Shown: in pieces, positions 9,965 to 20,059 of the stretch
Position numbering within the stretch: position 1 is the stretch's first letter
Layout: every line of letters begins with the position of its first letter
Sequence record: SRR22947725_3536
Length of the DNA: 35,994 bases
Direction: 5' to 3' (one strand)
Translations under genes and position numbers: made by a program
The notes under the pieces: generated by a model
What the model was told of the DNA's origin: nothing
The model's database searches: none
What the model saw: only the letters and a program-made list of their open reading frames with translations

Positions 9965-9997
9965 ATTCTTGATTAAATTAGTCAAGTATTATAAAAT
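9965..9997 (+). promoter_or_regulatory. IscR type-1 operator overlapping a sigma-70 promoter of the isc operon
   Basis: ATTCTTGATTAAATTAGTCAAGTAT (9965-9989) matches the type-1 consensus ATASYYGACTRWWWYAGTCRRSTAT at 23/25. It overlaps TTGATT-N17-TAAAAT (9969-9997). Confidence 0.85.
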
Positions 9998-10027
9998 CTA
10001 GCTTTAAATTACATTAAAATTTTTTTT

Positions 10028-10507
10028 ATGAAATTAACTACTAAAGGTCGTTTTGCAGTAACGGCAATGCTTGATTTAGCACTTAATGAAAAAGGTAAGC
10101 CGATTAAATTGTCAGAGATTAGTAAAAGGCAATCTATTTCATTGTCATACCTTGAACAGCTCTTTGGTAGATTGAGAAAACAAGGATTAGTTAAAAGTGT
10201 CCGTGGCCCGGGTGGAGGTTACTCTATCGCTAAAGATCATAATGCTATTAGTGTAAAACATATTATTTCATCAGTAGACGAGGAAATTGATGCGACCCAA
10301 TGTGGGGGTAAAGAAAATTGTAATGACGGACATCAATGTATTACGCATAATTTATGGGAAACTCTAAATTCTAAAATACTAAATTATTTAGATGCAACGA
10401 CGCTTGATGAGTTAGTCAAAACGCAAAATAATAAAAACAAGAAAAAGTCTATCGCACTTCCAAAAAGCAAAAATAGTATTGATATGAAAATAGCGGAGGC
10501 TTTTTAA
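10028..10507 (+). CDS. iscR: Fe-S cluster assembly regulator IscR (Rrf2 family)
   Basis: MKLTTKGRFAVTAMLDLA, SLSYLEQLF and SVRGPGGGY motifs, with cluster ligands in CGGKENCNDGHQCITH. Confidence 0.96.
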   Translation: MKLTTKGRFAVTAMLDLALNEKGKPIKLSEISKRQSISLSYLEQLFGRLRKQGLVKSVRGPGGGYSIAKDHNAISVKHIISSVDEEIDATQCGGKENCNDGHQCITHNLWETLNSKILNYLDATTLDELVKTQNNKNKKKSIALPKSKNSIDMKIAEAF

Positions 10508-10512
10508 TTCAA

Positions 10513-11652
10513 ATGATTTATTTTGATAACAATGCAACTACTTCGCTTCACCCTGAAGTTTTAAAAGAGATGTTACCTTTTTTAACGACACAGCAAGGTA
10601 ACCCAGCATCAAACCATACATTTGGTAGAAAAGCACATACCGCGATAGAAGAAGCTAGAGAAAAAGTCGCAGATTCAGTCAATGCGCATCCATCACAGGT
10701 CATCTTCACCTCCAGTGGAACGGAGTCAAACAATACAATTATTAATGGAATTGCAAAGGCATACAGTAATTCTCATTTTGGTTATAGCTCAATTGAACAC
10801 CCTTGTGTTTCAGAGCCTATAAAATCGCTGGCTTATCAAGGATTCAAAACAACAGAAATTCCCGTGAACTCAGAGGGGATGTTCCATGTGGCAGATGTCA
10901 ATGAGGAAACTAAAAAATCTTTAACATTTCTATCTGTCATGATGGCAAATAACGAAACTGGCGTTATTCAAAATATTGCTGAAATTGCAGACTGGGCAAA
11001 AAAGAATGATATTCAGTTTCATACTGACGCTGTTCAGGCATTAGGCAAGATTAAAGTTGATTTTGAGGGGCTTGATATTGATGCAATGACAATCTCAAGT
11101 CATAAAATTTATGGTCCTCAAGGCATTGCTGCTCTGATTGTAAATAAGAAAATTGACCTTTTTCCTCACATGCAAGGAGGTGGGCAAGAACGTGGTTTGC
11201 GAAGTGGCACAGAAAATATTGCAGCCATAATCGGATTTGGAAAAGCTTGTGAACGTTCAAGTCAAAATATAGTCACATTTAATGAAAAAGTTAAACACTT
11301 AAATGCAATCCTTGAAAAAGCTTTATTTGATCTAGGTGCAGTAATTTTTTGTAAAGAGAGTCATAGACTAAGTAATACAACATTCTTTTCTTTTAAGAAT
11401 ATTGATGGCTCAACTTTATTGACTGCGCTTGATAGAAAAGGGTTTGCTATTGCGAGTGGCTCGGCTTGTTCAAGCAAGAGTTCTGAACCTAGCCATGTGC
11501 TTTTGTCTATGGGTGTTGATTTGGATTTAGCTCAAGGAGCGCTCAGAGTTAGCTTAGGTTTAGAAAGTACCGAGAATGAAATTAACGACTTTATAGAAAC
11601 ACTTAAAGATGAAGTCAATAGATTAAAACAATTAACTGCTGTGGCAGCTTAA
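10513..11652 (+). CDS. Second group-I (NifS/IscS-like) cysteine desulfurase
   Basis: YFDNNATT, FTSSGTESNN, HTDAVQA, PLP-lysine SSHK and catalytic Cys in SGSACSS. Lacks the IscS C-terminal SPLWEM segment. Confidence 0.92.
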   Translation: MIYFDNNATTSLHPEVLKEMLPFLTTQQGNPASNHTFGRKAHTAIEEAREKVADSVNAHPSQVIFTSSGTESNNTIINGIAKAYSNSHFGYSSIEHPCVSEPIKSLAYQGFKTTEIPVNSEGMFHVADVNEETKKSLTFLSVMMANNETGVIQNIAEIADWAKKNDIQFHTDAVQALGKIKVDFEGLDIDAMTISSHKIYGPQGIAALIVNKKIDLFPHMQGGGQERGLRSGTENIAAIIGFGKACERSSQNIVTFNEKVKHLNAILEKALFDLGAVIFCKESHRLSNTTFFSFKNIDGSTLLTALDRKGFAIASGSACSSKSSEPSHVLLSMGVDLDLAQGALRVSLGLESTENEINDFIETLKDEVNRLKQLTAVAA

Positions 11653-11670
11653 CAAATAGATAAGGATATT

Positions 11671-12894
11671 ATGAAAAACAAGTTATACGATATGCCAATT
11701 TACATGGATTACTCTGCAACCACGCCTGTTGATCCTCGTGTTGCTGAGAAAATGATTCCTTTTATCACTGAAGATTTTGGAAATCCTGCATCAAGAAGTC
11801 ATCCATATGGATGGACTGCTGAAAAGGCCGTTGAGAATGCCAGGAAAGAGATTGCGCTATTAGTTAATGCCGATCCTAGAGAGATTGTTTGGACATCTGG
11901 AGCAACTGAGTCAAATAATTTAGCTATTAAGGGAGCAAGTAATTTTTATTCCAAAAAGGGAAAACATATCATCACATTGGCCACTGAACACAAGGCAGTG
12001 ATTGATGCTGTAAGGGAATGTGAGCGCTTGGGGTATGAGGCATCGTATATGGAGCCAGAGCCAAACGGATTATTGGATATTGAAAAATTTAAATCGACGA
12101 TACGCTCAGATACCGTTCTAGTGTCCGTGATGTTGGTGAATAATGAAATTGGTGTAATTCAAGACATCGAAACCATCGGGAATATTTGTCGTGAAAATAA
12201 CATTATTTTTCACGTAGATGCTGCACAAGCAACCGGCAAAGTAAAAATTGATTTAGAGAAATTACCTGTAGACTTAATGAGCTTTTCGGCACATAAAACT
12301 TATGGTCCAAAAGGTGTAGGAGCCTTGTATGTTAGACGTAAACCACGAATTAGAATCGAACCTCAGATGCATGGAGGTGGTCATGAGAGAGGTATGCGTT
12401 CAGGAACACTTGCTACACATCAAATTGTAGGGATGGGTGAAGCTTTTCGGATAGCACGAGAGGAAATGGAAGAGGAAAATAAGCGCATAAAAAATCTACA
12501 ATTGAAACTCCTCAAAGGCTTAACAGAAATTGAAGAAACTTATGTAAATGGCGATCTTGATAAAAGAGTGCCTCATAACTTAAATATAAGTTTTAACTAT
12601 GTCGAGGGTGAATCTTTAATTATGGCCATTAAAGGCATTGCTGTATCAAGTGGTTCAGCGTGTACCTCAGCAAGTTTAGAACCAAGTTATGTTTTAAGGG
12701 CATTGGGTCGTTCTGATGAACTTGCGCATAGTTCGATACGTTTTTCTATTGGTAGATTTACGACTGACTCTGATGTTGAATATACAATAGCTTTGTTAAA
12801 AGAAAAAATAGATAAATTAAGAGAGTTATCACCATTATGGGAAATGTTTAAAGAAGGCGTTGATTTAGAAAAGGTAGAGTGGGCAGAGCATTAA
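11671..12894 (+). CDS. iscS: Cysteine desulfurase IscS
   Basis: [38 protein letters not shown] and [12 protein letters not shown] motifs. Confidence 0.97.
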   Translation: MKNKLYDMPIYMDYSATTPVDPRVAEKMIPFITEDFGNPASRSHPYGWTAEKAVENARKEIALLVNADPREIVWTSGATESNNLAIKGASNFYSKKGKHIITLATEHKAVIDAVRECERLGYEASYMEPEPNGLLDIEKFKSTIRSDTVLVSVMLVNNEIGVIQDIETIGNICRENNIIFHVDAAQATGKVKIDLEKLPVDLMSFSAHKTYGPKGVGALYVRRKPRIRIEPQMHGGGHERGMRSGTLATHQIVGMGEAFRIAREEMEEENKRIKNLQLKLLKGLTEIEETYVNGDLDKRVPHNLNISFNYVEGESLIMAIKGIAVSSGSACTSASLEPSYVLRALGRSDELAHSSIRFSIGRFTTDSDVEYTIALLKEKIDKLRELSPLWEMFKEGVDLEKVEWAEH

Positions 12895-12919
12895 TTAATA
12901 TTTTATTAGGAGAATTATC

Positions 12920-13300
12920 ATGGCGTATAGCGATAAAGTTTTAGATCATTACGAGAATCCAAGAAATGTTGGGTCGTTTAATAAAGATGATTCTAATGTT
13001 GGTACAGGTATGGTTGGAGCCCCAGCTTGTGGTGACGTAATGAAATTACAAATTAAGATGGGTGACAATGGGATTATTGAGGACGCAAAATTTAAAACTT
13101 ATGGTTGTGGCTCAGCCATTGCTTCAAGCTCATTGGTCACAGAGTGGTTGAAAGGTAAATCACTGGATCAAGCTTCGGAAATTAAAAATTCTGCCATTGC
13201 AGAAGAGTTAGCTCTTCCCCCTGTTAAAATTCATTGTTCTGTATTAGCTGAGGATGCAATTAAAGCTGCGGTTGAAGATTTAAAATCTAAACAAAAATAA
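12920..13300 (+). CDS. iscU: Fe-S scaffold IscU
   Basis: [18 protein letters not shown] and LPPVKIHCS motifs. Confidence 0.98.
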   Translation: MAYSDKVLDHYENPRNVGSFNKDDSNVGTGMVGAPACGDVMKLQIKMGDNGIIEDAKFKTYGCGSAIASSSLVTEWLKGKSLDQASEIKNSAIAEELALPPVKIHCSVLAEDAIKAAVEDLKSKQK

Positions 13301-13301
13301 G

Positions 13302-13625
13302 ATGTCTATTTCACTAACAGAAAAGGCTGCTAAAAGAGCGAAGCGTTACCTAGACTCAAGAGGTAAGGGTGTCGGCCTTAAATTCGGTGTTAAAACGACC
13401 GGCTGCTCAGGTATGGCATATATACTTGAGTTTGTTGATGAGGTGAGCCCAGAAGATCAAGTTTTTGAAAGTCATGGGATTAAAATTTTAGTTGATCCAA
13501 AAAGTTTAATTTATATCGATGGAACTGAATTAGATTTTGTGAAAGAAGGCGTAAATGAAGGCTTTCAATTTAACAACCCGAACGTGAAAGACAGTTGTGG
13601 TTGTGGAGAAAGTTTTACAGTTTGA
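13302..13625 (+). CDS. iscA: A-type Fe-S carrier IscA
   Basis: TTGCSG and CGCGESF motifs. Confidence 0.97.
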   Translation: MSISLTEKAAKRAKRYLDSRGKGVGLKFGVKTTGCSGMAYILEFVDEVSPEDQVFESHGIKILVDPKSLIYIDGTELDFVKEGVNEGFQFNNPNVKDSCGCGESFTV

Positions 13626-14113
13626 CCCAAAATTATTTTGAATTATTTAACCTTTCTGAAAAATTTGAAATAGATTCGGAGAAACTACAAGAAAATTATC
13701 GTTCCATACAAAAAGAAATTCATCCAGACAGATTCGCAACTTCAACAGAAAATGAAAAAATTCAATCCATGATTAAGTCCACGCATGTTAATGATGCATA
13801 TCAAACATTAAAGTCACCAATAAAAAGAGCAAAATATATTTTATCGCTTCATAAATCTGTTGAAAAAATTACATTACCACCAAATTTTTTGATGCAACAA
13901 ATGGAATGGGAGGAGCATCTAGAAGATATAGAACAAAGCAAAAATGAATTAGTGAAATTTAAAGAAGCTATTAGTAAAGAATATGAACAATGTTTCTTGT
14001 TACTCAAAACACAAATTGATATTGAAAAAAATTGGAACGAAGCTGCAATCACAATAGATAAACTGCATTTTATAGAAAAACTTCTTAATAAAATAAAAAT
14101 AACCTTAAAATAA
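13622..14113 (+). CDS. hscB: Co-chaperone HscB; likely start is the TTG at 13622 overlapping the iscA stop rather than 13595
   Basis: NYFELF, J-domain HPD and FLMQQMEW motifs. An in-frame TTG forms a TTGA overlap with the iscA TGA. Confidence 0.9.
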   Translation: MTQNYFELFNLSEKFEIDSEKLQENYRSIQKEIHPDRFATSTENEKIQSMIKSTHVNDAYQTLKSPIKRAKYILSLHKSVEKITLPPNFLMQQMEWEEHLEDIEQSKNELVKFKEAISKEYEQCFLLLKTQIDIEKNWNEAAITIDKLHFIEKLLNKIKITLK

Positions 14114-14118
14114 AAAAA

Positions 14119-15972
14119 ATGGCACTTCTTCAAATATCAGAACCTGGAAAAAGTACAATGCCTCATGAGCATCGTAGGGTGATTGGTATTGATCTTGGAA
14201 CTACCAATTCCCTTGTGGCTTCAGTGATTAGTGGGAGCCCAACTATTTTAAATCTAAATGATAAATCAAACCTTTTACCTTCTGTTATCCATTACTCAAA
14301 AGACAATGTTCTTGTAGGAAATGATGCAAAGAAACTTTTAAGTAAGGATCCTAAAAATACTATTTCCTCAGTTAAACGATTAATTGGTAAAACAATTGGT
14401 GACATCAATCAAGATAATTTTCCTCTTAATTTAGAAGATGGTGATGGTGTTATAAATATTAAGACTTCAATTGGAATCAAGAACCCCATAGAAGTATCTG
14501 CTGAAATTCTAAAATCTCTTAGAACTGTTGCTGAAAAAAAATTAGGTGGTGAATTGACGGGTGCTGTTGTCACCGTCCCTGCATATTTTGATGATGCGCA
14601 AAGACAAGCAACAAAAGATGCCTGTCAATTGTCAGGACTAAATATTTTACGTTTGATCAATGAACCAACAGCGGCAGCTGTCGCTTATGGATTAGATAAA
14701 AAATCTATGGGGCACTTTGTTATTTTTGATCTAGGTGGAGGTACGTTTGATGTATCTATATTAAATTTAACAAAAGGCTTATTTGAAGTCTTATCAACGC
14801 ATGGTAATGCAAATCTGGGTGGTGATGATTTTGATCAAGCCATTGTTAATTTTTTAAGTCATAAATATAAATTAAATATTAAAGATATTGAAATACAAAG
14901 CACGATTTCAATCTTAGCAAAAGAAATAAAAGAATCACTCTCCAATAATAAAGAGGTTGAAGTTTTAAAGGTCATCAACGGAAAAGAAATTCAAGAGACA
15001 TTTACACGTGAGCAATTTAAAACCTTAGTTGATGATTTAATTAAACAAACGATTGAAGCAACTAAAAGTGCCTTAAATGACGCTAAACTCAGCACTGATG
15101 AAATTGATGGCATCATCATGGTGGGTGGTTCGACAAGAATGCCGTGTATACAAGAAGCGGTTAAGAGCTTTTTTAAACAAGATTTACTTAATGACTTAAA
15201 CCCTGATGAAGTCGTTGCATTAGGTGCAGCAATCCAAGCCAATATTTTAGCCGGAAATGGTCAAGAAGATCTTCTTTTGCTTGATGTCACACCACTTTCA
15301 TTAGGTATTGAAACAATGGGAAGTATTGTGGAAAGAATAATTCCGAGAAATACGACATTACCCGTCGCCATGGCACAAGAATTTACAACTTATCAAGATG
15401 GTCAAACGGCAATGAGTATTCATGTAGTCCAAGGTGAAAGAGAATTAGTCGATGATTGTCGTTCTTTAGCAAAATTTACTTTAAGAAAAATACCTCCTAT
15501 GGTGGCAGGTGCAGCAAAAATTAAAGTCACCTTTCAGGTGGATACAGATGGTTTATTATCAGTTTCTGCAGAAGAAACAACAACCAATGTAAAAGCTTCC
15601 ATAGAGGTAAAACCGAGTTATGGGTTATCTGAAGATAAAATTAAGACAATGCTTCAATCATCATACGATTTAGCAGAAGAAGATAAAAATTCCAGAATAC
15701 TGGCTGAGGCAAAGGTAGATGCCAATCAATTAATTGAATTAACGCAAAAAGCTTTGGATACAGATAAAGACCTTCTTACAGAATCCGAATTAAGCCAAAT
15801 AAAAATTGGTTTAAAAGATTTAATAAATGCACTTAATTCCTCAAATAAAGATAAAATTCAAGAAGCGACTAAAAAATTAAACTCACAAAGTGAGCCCTTT
15901 GCGGCCAAAAGAATGGATCGATCTATTCAAAAAGCCTTAACAGGGAAATCAATTAACAAATTGGAATTATAA
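14119..15972 (+). CDS. hscA: Hsp70-type chaperone HscA
   Basis: [37 protein letters not shown] and DLGGGTFD motifs. Confidence 0.97.
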   Translation: MALLQISEPGKSTMPHEHRRVIGIDLGTTNSLVASVISGSPTILNLNDKSNLLPSVIHYSKDNVLVGNDAKKLLSKDPKNTISSVKRLIGKTIGDINQDNFPLNLEDGDGVINIKTSIGIKNPIEVSAEILKSLRTVAEKKLGGELTGAVVTVPAYFDDAQRQATKDACQLSGLNILRLINEPTAAAVAYGLDKKSMGHFVIFDLGGGTFDVSILNLTKGLFEVLSTHGNANLGGDDFDQAIVNFLSHKYKLNIKDIEIQSTISILAKEIKESLSNNKEVEVLKVINGKEIQETFTREQFKTLVDDLIKQTIEATKSALNDAKLSTDEIDGIIMVGGSTRMPCIQEAVKSFFKQDLLNDLNPDEVVALGAAIQANILAGNGQEDLLLLDVTPLSLGIETMGSIVERIIPRNTTLPVAMAQEFTTYQDGQTAMSIHVVQGERELVDDCRSLAKFTLRKIPPMVAGAAKIKVTFQVDTDGLLSVSAEETTTNVKASIEVKPSYGLSEDKIKTMLQSSYDLAEEDKNSRILAEAKVDANQLIELTQKALDTDKDLLTESELSQIKIGLKDLINALNSSNKDKIQEATKKLNSQSEPFAAKRMDRSIQKALTGKSINKLEL

Positions 15973-16302
15973 ATGCCCAAAATTATTGTGCTACCTCATG
16001 ATCTCTGTCCAGAAGGTGATGTATTGGAAGCTGAATCTGGTGAATCAATATGCAGTGTTTTATTAAAAAATCATATTGATATTGAGCATGCTTGTGATCA
16101 AGTTTGTGCCTGCACTACCTGCCATGTTGTGATTAAAGAGGGATTTTCCTCGCTAGATGAATCTGAAGAAGAAGAAGATGATATGTTAGATAAGGCTTGG
16201 GGGTTAGAGCCTACTTCAAGACTGTCCTGCCAAGCAAAAGTCAAAGATCAAGACATTACGGTTGAAATACCCAAATATACAATTAATTTAGCTAAAGAAT
16301 AA
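15973..16302 (+). CDS. fdx: ISC [2Fe-2S] ferredoxin
   Basis: [14 protein letters not shown]...DMLDKAWGL...SRLSCQ. Confidence 0.96.
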   Translation: MPKIIVLPHDLCPEGDVLEAESGESICSVLLKNHIDIEHACDQVCACTTCHVVIKEGFSSLDESEEEEDDMLDKAWGLEPTSRLSCQAKVKDQDITVEIPKYTINLAKE

Positions 16303-16329
16303 AAAAACCCACCGAAGTGGGTTTTTTTT
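16301..16329. terminator. Bidirectional intrinsic terminator between convergent fdx and porin genes
   Basis: AAAAAAACCCAC-cgaa-GTGGGTTTTTTTT, with a T-tract on both strands. Confidence 0.9.
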
Positions 16330-16356
16330 GCCAAGGAGACGGGTAGTACATATGAC

Positions 16357-17730
16357 TTAGAATTTATAAGTCACATCCAGTTGAATCAAATCCATATCAT
16401 CTATACACATACTTGTATCACCTTTAACACCGGGAGTACAACCTACAGATTTGTCATTAATTTCACCATGCGCGTAGGCAATATTAAATTTAACATTGTC
16501 CTCAATCATGTATTGCCCTTTGAACGCAATTCCTTTTATATTAACTTTCGAATCGAAGATATCCGAATCAACGTGATTAGGGTCAACAGAATAGGTCCCT
16601 ACCTCTTGGTACCATAAGTTACCTTTCCAATCACCTTTTTTCTGTTTACCTTCATCTAAAGCTGTAAAGTCTTTGTAAGAACCAAAACCGATACCTAGCA
16701 TAAAAGCTGAATCATCATCGGCACCACCATTATTTCCACCTGCACCTGAGTTAATCCAAGCATCCCTTCTGTCGCTACCATCGATGTTATAAGCGTAATC
16801 ACCAAATACCGTCATGCCCAAACCGGGTTTAACCATCATCTTATAATCAGCAGGTATTTCGATTAATGAAAGATCATTAATATAGGTTTGAGCGCGGTTT
16901 CCTTCAGCGGTGGGATCAAATACTTGACCTGCATCATCGTCATTGGTGTACATGGTGTAAGTTAAGCCAACTTTAGCTGAAGGGCCAGACTTCTTATCAA
17001 ATAAATGCTTACCAATTACTTGACCTGAAAGCTGATATTGTGAATTTGTATCGCTACCACTTCTGCTCTGTTTGTCATCACCTTGCATTGTGTTAACACC
17101 ACCGGTAGTTGAGATAGTTGTTTGCTTACTCATTTTATATTTAGTAAGCCATGAAGCTCCGTCCCAAGTCAAATCTTTATCCCATACCATTGGTTTTGTA
17201 TATAAAGGATTTTTAATTCTACCTGCTTGCAATGTGAGCCAATCTGTCGGTTTCCACCCAAGCATCGCACGCTTTACAAATAACGATTCTTTCTCTTCTG
17301 AATAACCACCGCCACCTAAAGTTGCATTATCTGATCTACCTCTTTCACCCATCGCAAGCGCAAGATCTGTAAACCAGTCTTCAGAAATTTTAGTTTTAAA
17401 GCCTAATGTAATTTTATAACGCTGTCTGCTTCGATCAACAGAGTCATCACCGCCATACTCATTCGCACTTCTCCATTCCTGTCTTACCCTAATATCACCG
17501 TAAAGTTTTCCTTCATCGAGGTATTTACTAATGGATAACTTACTTTTTACTTTTTGATCACGCGCTTTACTCTCACTCGCATGTTGCTTTGAAAGTAAGG
17601 CTGCTTCATCTTCAGTTAGAATACCCTTAGTGACAAGTGCATTAACTAAGTCTTCAGTAGTATCCGAAAATACCGGTACTGAAAAAGCTAATGCTGAGAC
17701 CACTAACCCTTTAATTAAATTTTTCTTCAT
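16357..17730 (-). CDS. Putative outer-membrane beta-barrel porin (resembles the 'putative porin' Porin_5-like family)
   Basis: Signal peptide, an N-terminal helical segment (LVNALVTKGILTEDEA), GDIRVRQE first strand, amphipathic strands, and a C-terminal QLDVTYKF ending in Phe (BAM signal). Confidence 0.8.
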   Translation of the reverse strand: MKKNLIKGLVVSALAFSVPVFSDTTEDLVNALVTKGILTEDEAALLSKQHASESKARDQKVKSKLSISKYLDEGKLYGDIRVRQEWRSANEYGGDDSVDRSRQRYKITLGFKTKISEDWFTDLALAMGERGRSDNATLGGGGYSEEKESLFVKRAMLGWKPTDWLTLQAGRIKNPLYTKPMVWDKDLTWDGASWLTKYKMSKQTTISTTGGVNTMQGDDKQSRSGSDTNSQYQLSGQVIGKHLFDKKSGPSAKVGLTYTMYTNDDDAGQVFDPTAEGNRAQTYINDLSLIEIPADYKMMVKPGLGMTVFGDYAYNIDGSDRRDAWINSGAGGNNGGADDDSAFMLGIGFGSYKDFTALDEGKQKKGDWKGNLWYQEVGTYSVDPNHVDSDIFDSKVNIKGIAFKGQYMIEDNVKFNIAYAHGEINDKSVGCTPGVKGDTSMCIDDMDLIQLDVTYKF

Positions 17731-17797
17731 TTTAAATAATTCTCCGTTTCCTTGTTTTTAATGTTTCACAAATAAGATAAATATCTGTGACAAGAGA

Positions 17798-17831
17798 ATT
17801 ATTAAATTTCTTTATGACACTTGTATGACAA
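17798..17831 (-). promoter_or_regulatory. Pho box (PhoB site) promoter upstream of the porin
   Basis: Minus strand TTGTCAT-ACAA-GTGTCAT (17831-17814) with 11-bp periodicity, followed 10 nt later by AATAAT (-10-like). Confidence 0.75.
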
Positions 17832-17889
17832 AAACTAAAAGAATTGAGTTATAGGAATTTTAATTAAAGGGGGGTAATTTTTTAATTGA

Positions 17890-18531
17890 TTAAAGAGTTG
17901 AGCCTTGATGATCAAATTCAACTTGCCCTGAAGCAAAATTATAAATAGCACCAATGATGCCAATTTGCTTTTTATCAAGCAGATCTCTGAGAATATCACT
18001 TTGGTTAATAATATTTTGTATCTGTTTTTTAACATTCAAAAAACAAACATTGGAAACAAATACACTGTTTTTAGCATTTCTATCTGGATCAGGTGTCGTT
18101 GTTTCTTCGGAAACTGCGGGCTGTAAAAGCTTAGTAATTTCAGTGATATTACCCTCCTCGAAATTATCGCATGCTGCTTTTACCGCGCCACAATTAGAAT
18201 GGCCCATGACAACAATAATTTTTGATCCCAGATATTTGCATGAGTACTCTAAGCTACCAATAGCTTTTCTGCATGCAACATTCCCAGCTAAGCGAACGCT
18301 AAAAACATCCCCTAGGGTTTGGTCAAAAATAGTCTCAGGCGCAGTTCTTGAATCACTACAGCCAAGAATAGCTGCAAAAGGTTGCTGATTATCTATAAGT
18401 GCTTCACGCATTTCTGATAAATTTTTAACTTGCTGTTCGTTTTTAATAAACCTTTGATTCCCTTTTATAAGAAGCTCTAGCGCATCTTTTGGTGATAAAT
18501 TATTACGATCAATGTTATTCCAAGCACTCAT
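17890..18531 (-). CDS. Beta-class carbonic anhydrase
   Basis: Zn ligand motifs GCSDSR and GHSNCGAV, plus RLAGN and GSLEY. Confidence 0.93.
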   Translation of the reverse strand: MSAWNNIDRNNLSPKDALELLIKGNQRFIKNEQQVKNLSEMREALIDNQQPFAAILGCSDSRTAPETIFDQTLGDVFSVRLAGNVACRKAIGSLEYSCKYLGSKIIVVMGHSNCGAVKAACDNFEEGNITEITKLLQPAVSEETTTPDPDRNAKNSVFVSNVCFLNVKKQIQNIINQSDILRDLLDKKQIGIIGAIYNFASGQVEFDHQGSTL

Positions 18532-18534
18532 ATT

Positions 18535-20058
18535 TTATTCAGCTCTCATATGGGGAAATAAAATCACATCTCTTATGCTTGGGCTATCTGTTAATAACAT
18601 AACTAAACGATCAATACCCACTCCACAACCACCTGTAGGTGGAAGTCCATATTCTAAAGCTCTAATGAAATCGGCGTCATAATACATTGCTTCCTCGTCC
18701 CCAGCATCTTTTGCAGCCACTTGCATTTGGAAACGCTTAGCCTGATCTTCCGCATCATTTAACTCAGAAAAGCCATTTGCAATTTCTCTACCTGCAATAA
18801 ATAATTCAAATCTCTCAGTAATCGCATCATTAGTATCTGAAGCTCTGGCAAGTGGTGAAACTTCTGTAGGATAGTCAATGATGTATGTGGGGTCCCATAA
18901 CTTTGCTTCTGCTTCTAATTCAAACAAAGCTAATTGATATGCCCCTAAACCTGAACTGTTTGGTAAATTTTCACCATTTTTTGAAAGATGTGATTTAATA
19001 AAGTCGATGTCGCTAAGTTGTGTCTCACTAAATTGCGATGAATATTTAATAATCGCTTCAACCAATGTCAGTCTTTCAAATGGTTTTTCAAAATCAATTG
19101 TTTTATCTTGATATTTTACTTTTAGTGTCCCCAATATTCGCTTTGTCACATCTCGAATACAATCCTCTGTAAAATTCATCAACCATTTGTATTCAGTATA
19201 AGCCGCGTAAAATTCCATCATCGTAAATTCAGGGTTGTGTCTTACGCTCAAACCCTCATTCCTAAAATTACGGTTAATTTCAAATACACGATCAAAACCA
19301 CCCACAACCAATCTCTTAAGATATAACTCTGGCGCTATTCTCAAATACATATCCATATCAAGTGCATTATGGTGAGTCTCAAACGGTCTAGCTGTTGCGC
19401 CACCCGGGATAGGATGAAGCATAGGTGTTTCAACCTCTAAAAATTTATGCTCTTCCATAAAGGCTCTCATGTTAGAGATAATTTTCGAACGATTTAAAAA
19501 AGTTTTTTTTGTGTCTTCATTAACAATAAGGTCCACATACCTTTGCCTATATTTTGTTTCTTGATCTGATAACCCATGAAACTTCTCAGGCAATGGTCGA
19601 ATCGATTTTGTAAGTAATATAATTTCTGTTACTTCAACAGTTAATTCATTGGTTCTTGTTTTAAATAGTTTTCCTTTAGCACCAACAATATCTCCCAAAT
19701 CCCATTTTTTAAATTGCGCATAAAGTTCTGGATTATCATCTGAGTTAATAAAATCTCTCGTCACATAAAGCTGAATTCTTCCATCATTATCTTGGATAGT
19801 TGCGAAACTCGCCTTACCCATGACGCGCTTGAGCATCATCCTGCCTGAAACAGATACTTCAATGCCTTTTTTTTCGAGTGTTTCTTTATCATCAGTATCA
19901 AATTTTTTATGCAGCTCTGATGATAAATTTTCTGGTTTGAATTGGTTTGGGAAAGCAACGCCTAATTTTCTCAATTCTTCAAGCTTACTTCTCCTCTCAG
20001 AAATAATTGAATTTTCATCCACTACAGGCTCATTATTTTGATTAGGTTCTTTACTCAA
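18535..20058 (-). CDS. lysS: Lysyl-tRNA synthetase (class II)
   Basis: [28 protein letters not shown] and [10 protein letters not shown] motifs. TTG start 1 nt after the prfB stop. Confidence 0.98.
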   Translation of the reverse strand: MSKEPNQNNEPVVDENSIISERRSKLEELRKLGVAFPNQFKPENLSSELHKKFDTDDKETLEKKGIEVSVSGRMMLKRVMGKASFATIQDNDGRIQLYVTRDFINSDDNPELYAQFKKWDLGDIVGAKGKLFKTRTNELTVEVTEIILLTKSIRPLPEKFHGLSDQETKYRQRYVDLIVNEDTKKTFLNRSKIISNMRAFMEEHKFLEVETPMLHPIPGGATARPFETHHNALDMDMYLRIAPELYLKRLVVGGFDRVFEINRNFRNEGLSVRHNPEFTMMEFYAAYTEYKWLMNFTEDCIRDVTKRILGTLKVKYQDKTIDFEKPFERLTLVEAIIKYSSQFSETQLSDIDFIKSHLSKNGENLPNSSGLGAYQLALFELEAEAKLWDPTYIIDYPTEVSPLARASDTNDAITERFELFIAGREIANGFSELNDAEDQAKRFQMQVAAKDAGDEEAMYYDADFIRALEYGLPPTGGCGVGIDRLVMLLTDSPSIRDVILFPHMRAE

Positions 20059-20059
20059 C

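Noticed and set aside
13595-13621. N-terminal MWLWRKFYS extension of HscB in the ORF track
   Set aside because: It overlaps the conserved CGCGESF codons of iscA. The TTG at 13622 fits better.
17787-17793. Third TTGTCAC half-site upstream of the porin
   Set aside because: Offset by 27 bp from the nearest half-site, so out of 11-bp register. Not counted as part of the Pho box.
17835-18035. 66-aa minus-strand ORF between carbonic anhydrase and the porin
   Set aside because: Mostly an alternative-frame overlap of the carbonic anhydrase 3' end, with no supporting features.
17954-18388. 144-aa plus-strand ORF
   Set aside because: Fully antisense to the well-conserved carbonic anhydrase, with no recognisable motifs. 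Shadow ORF.
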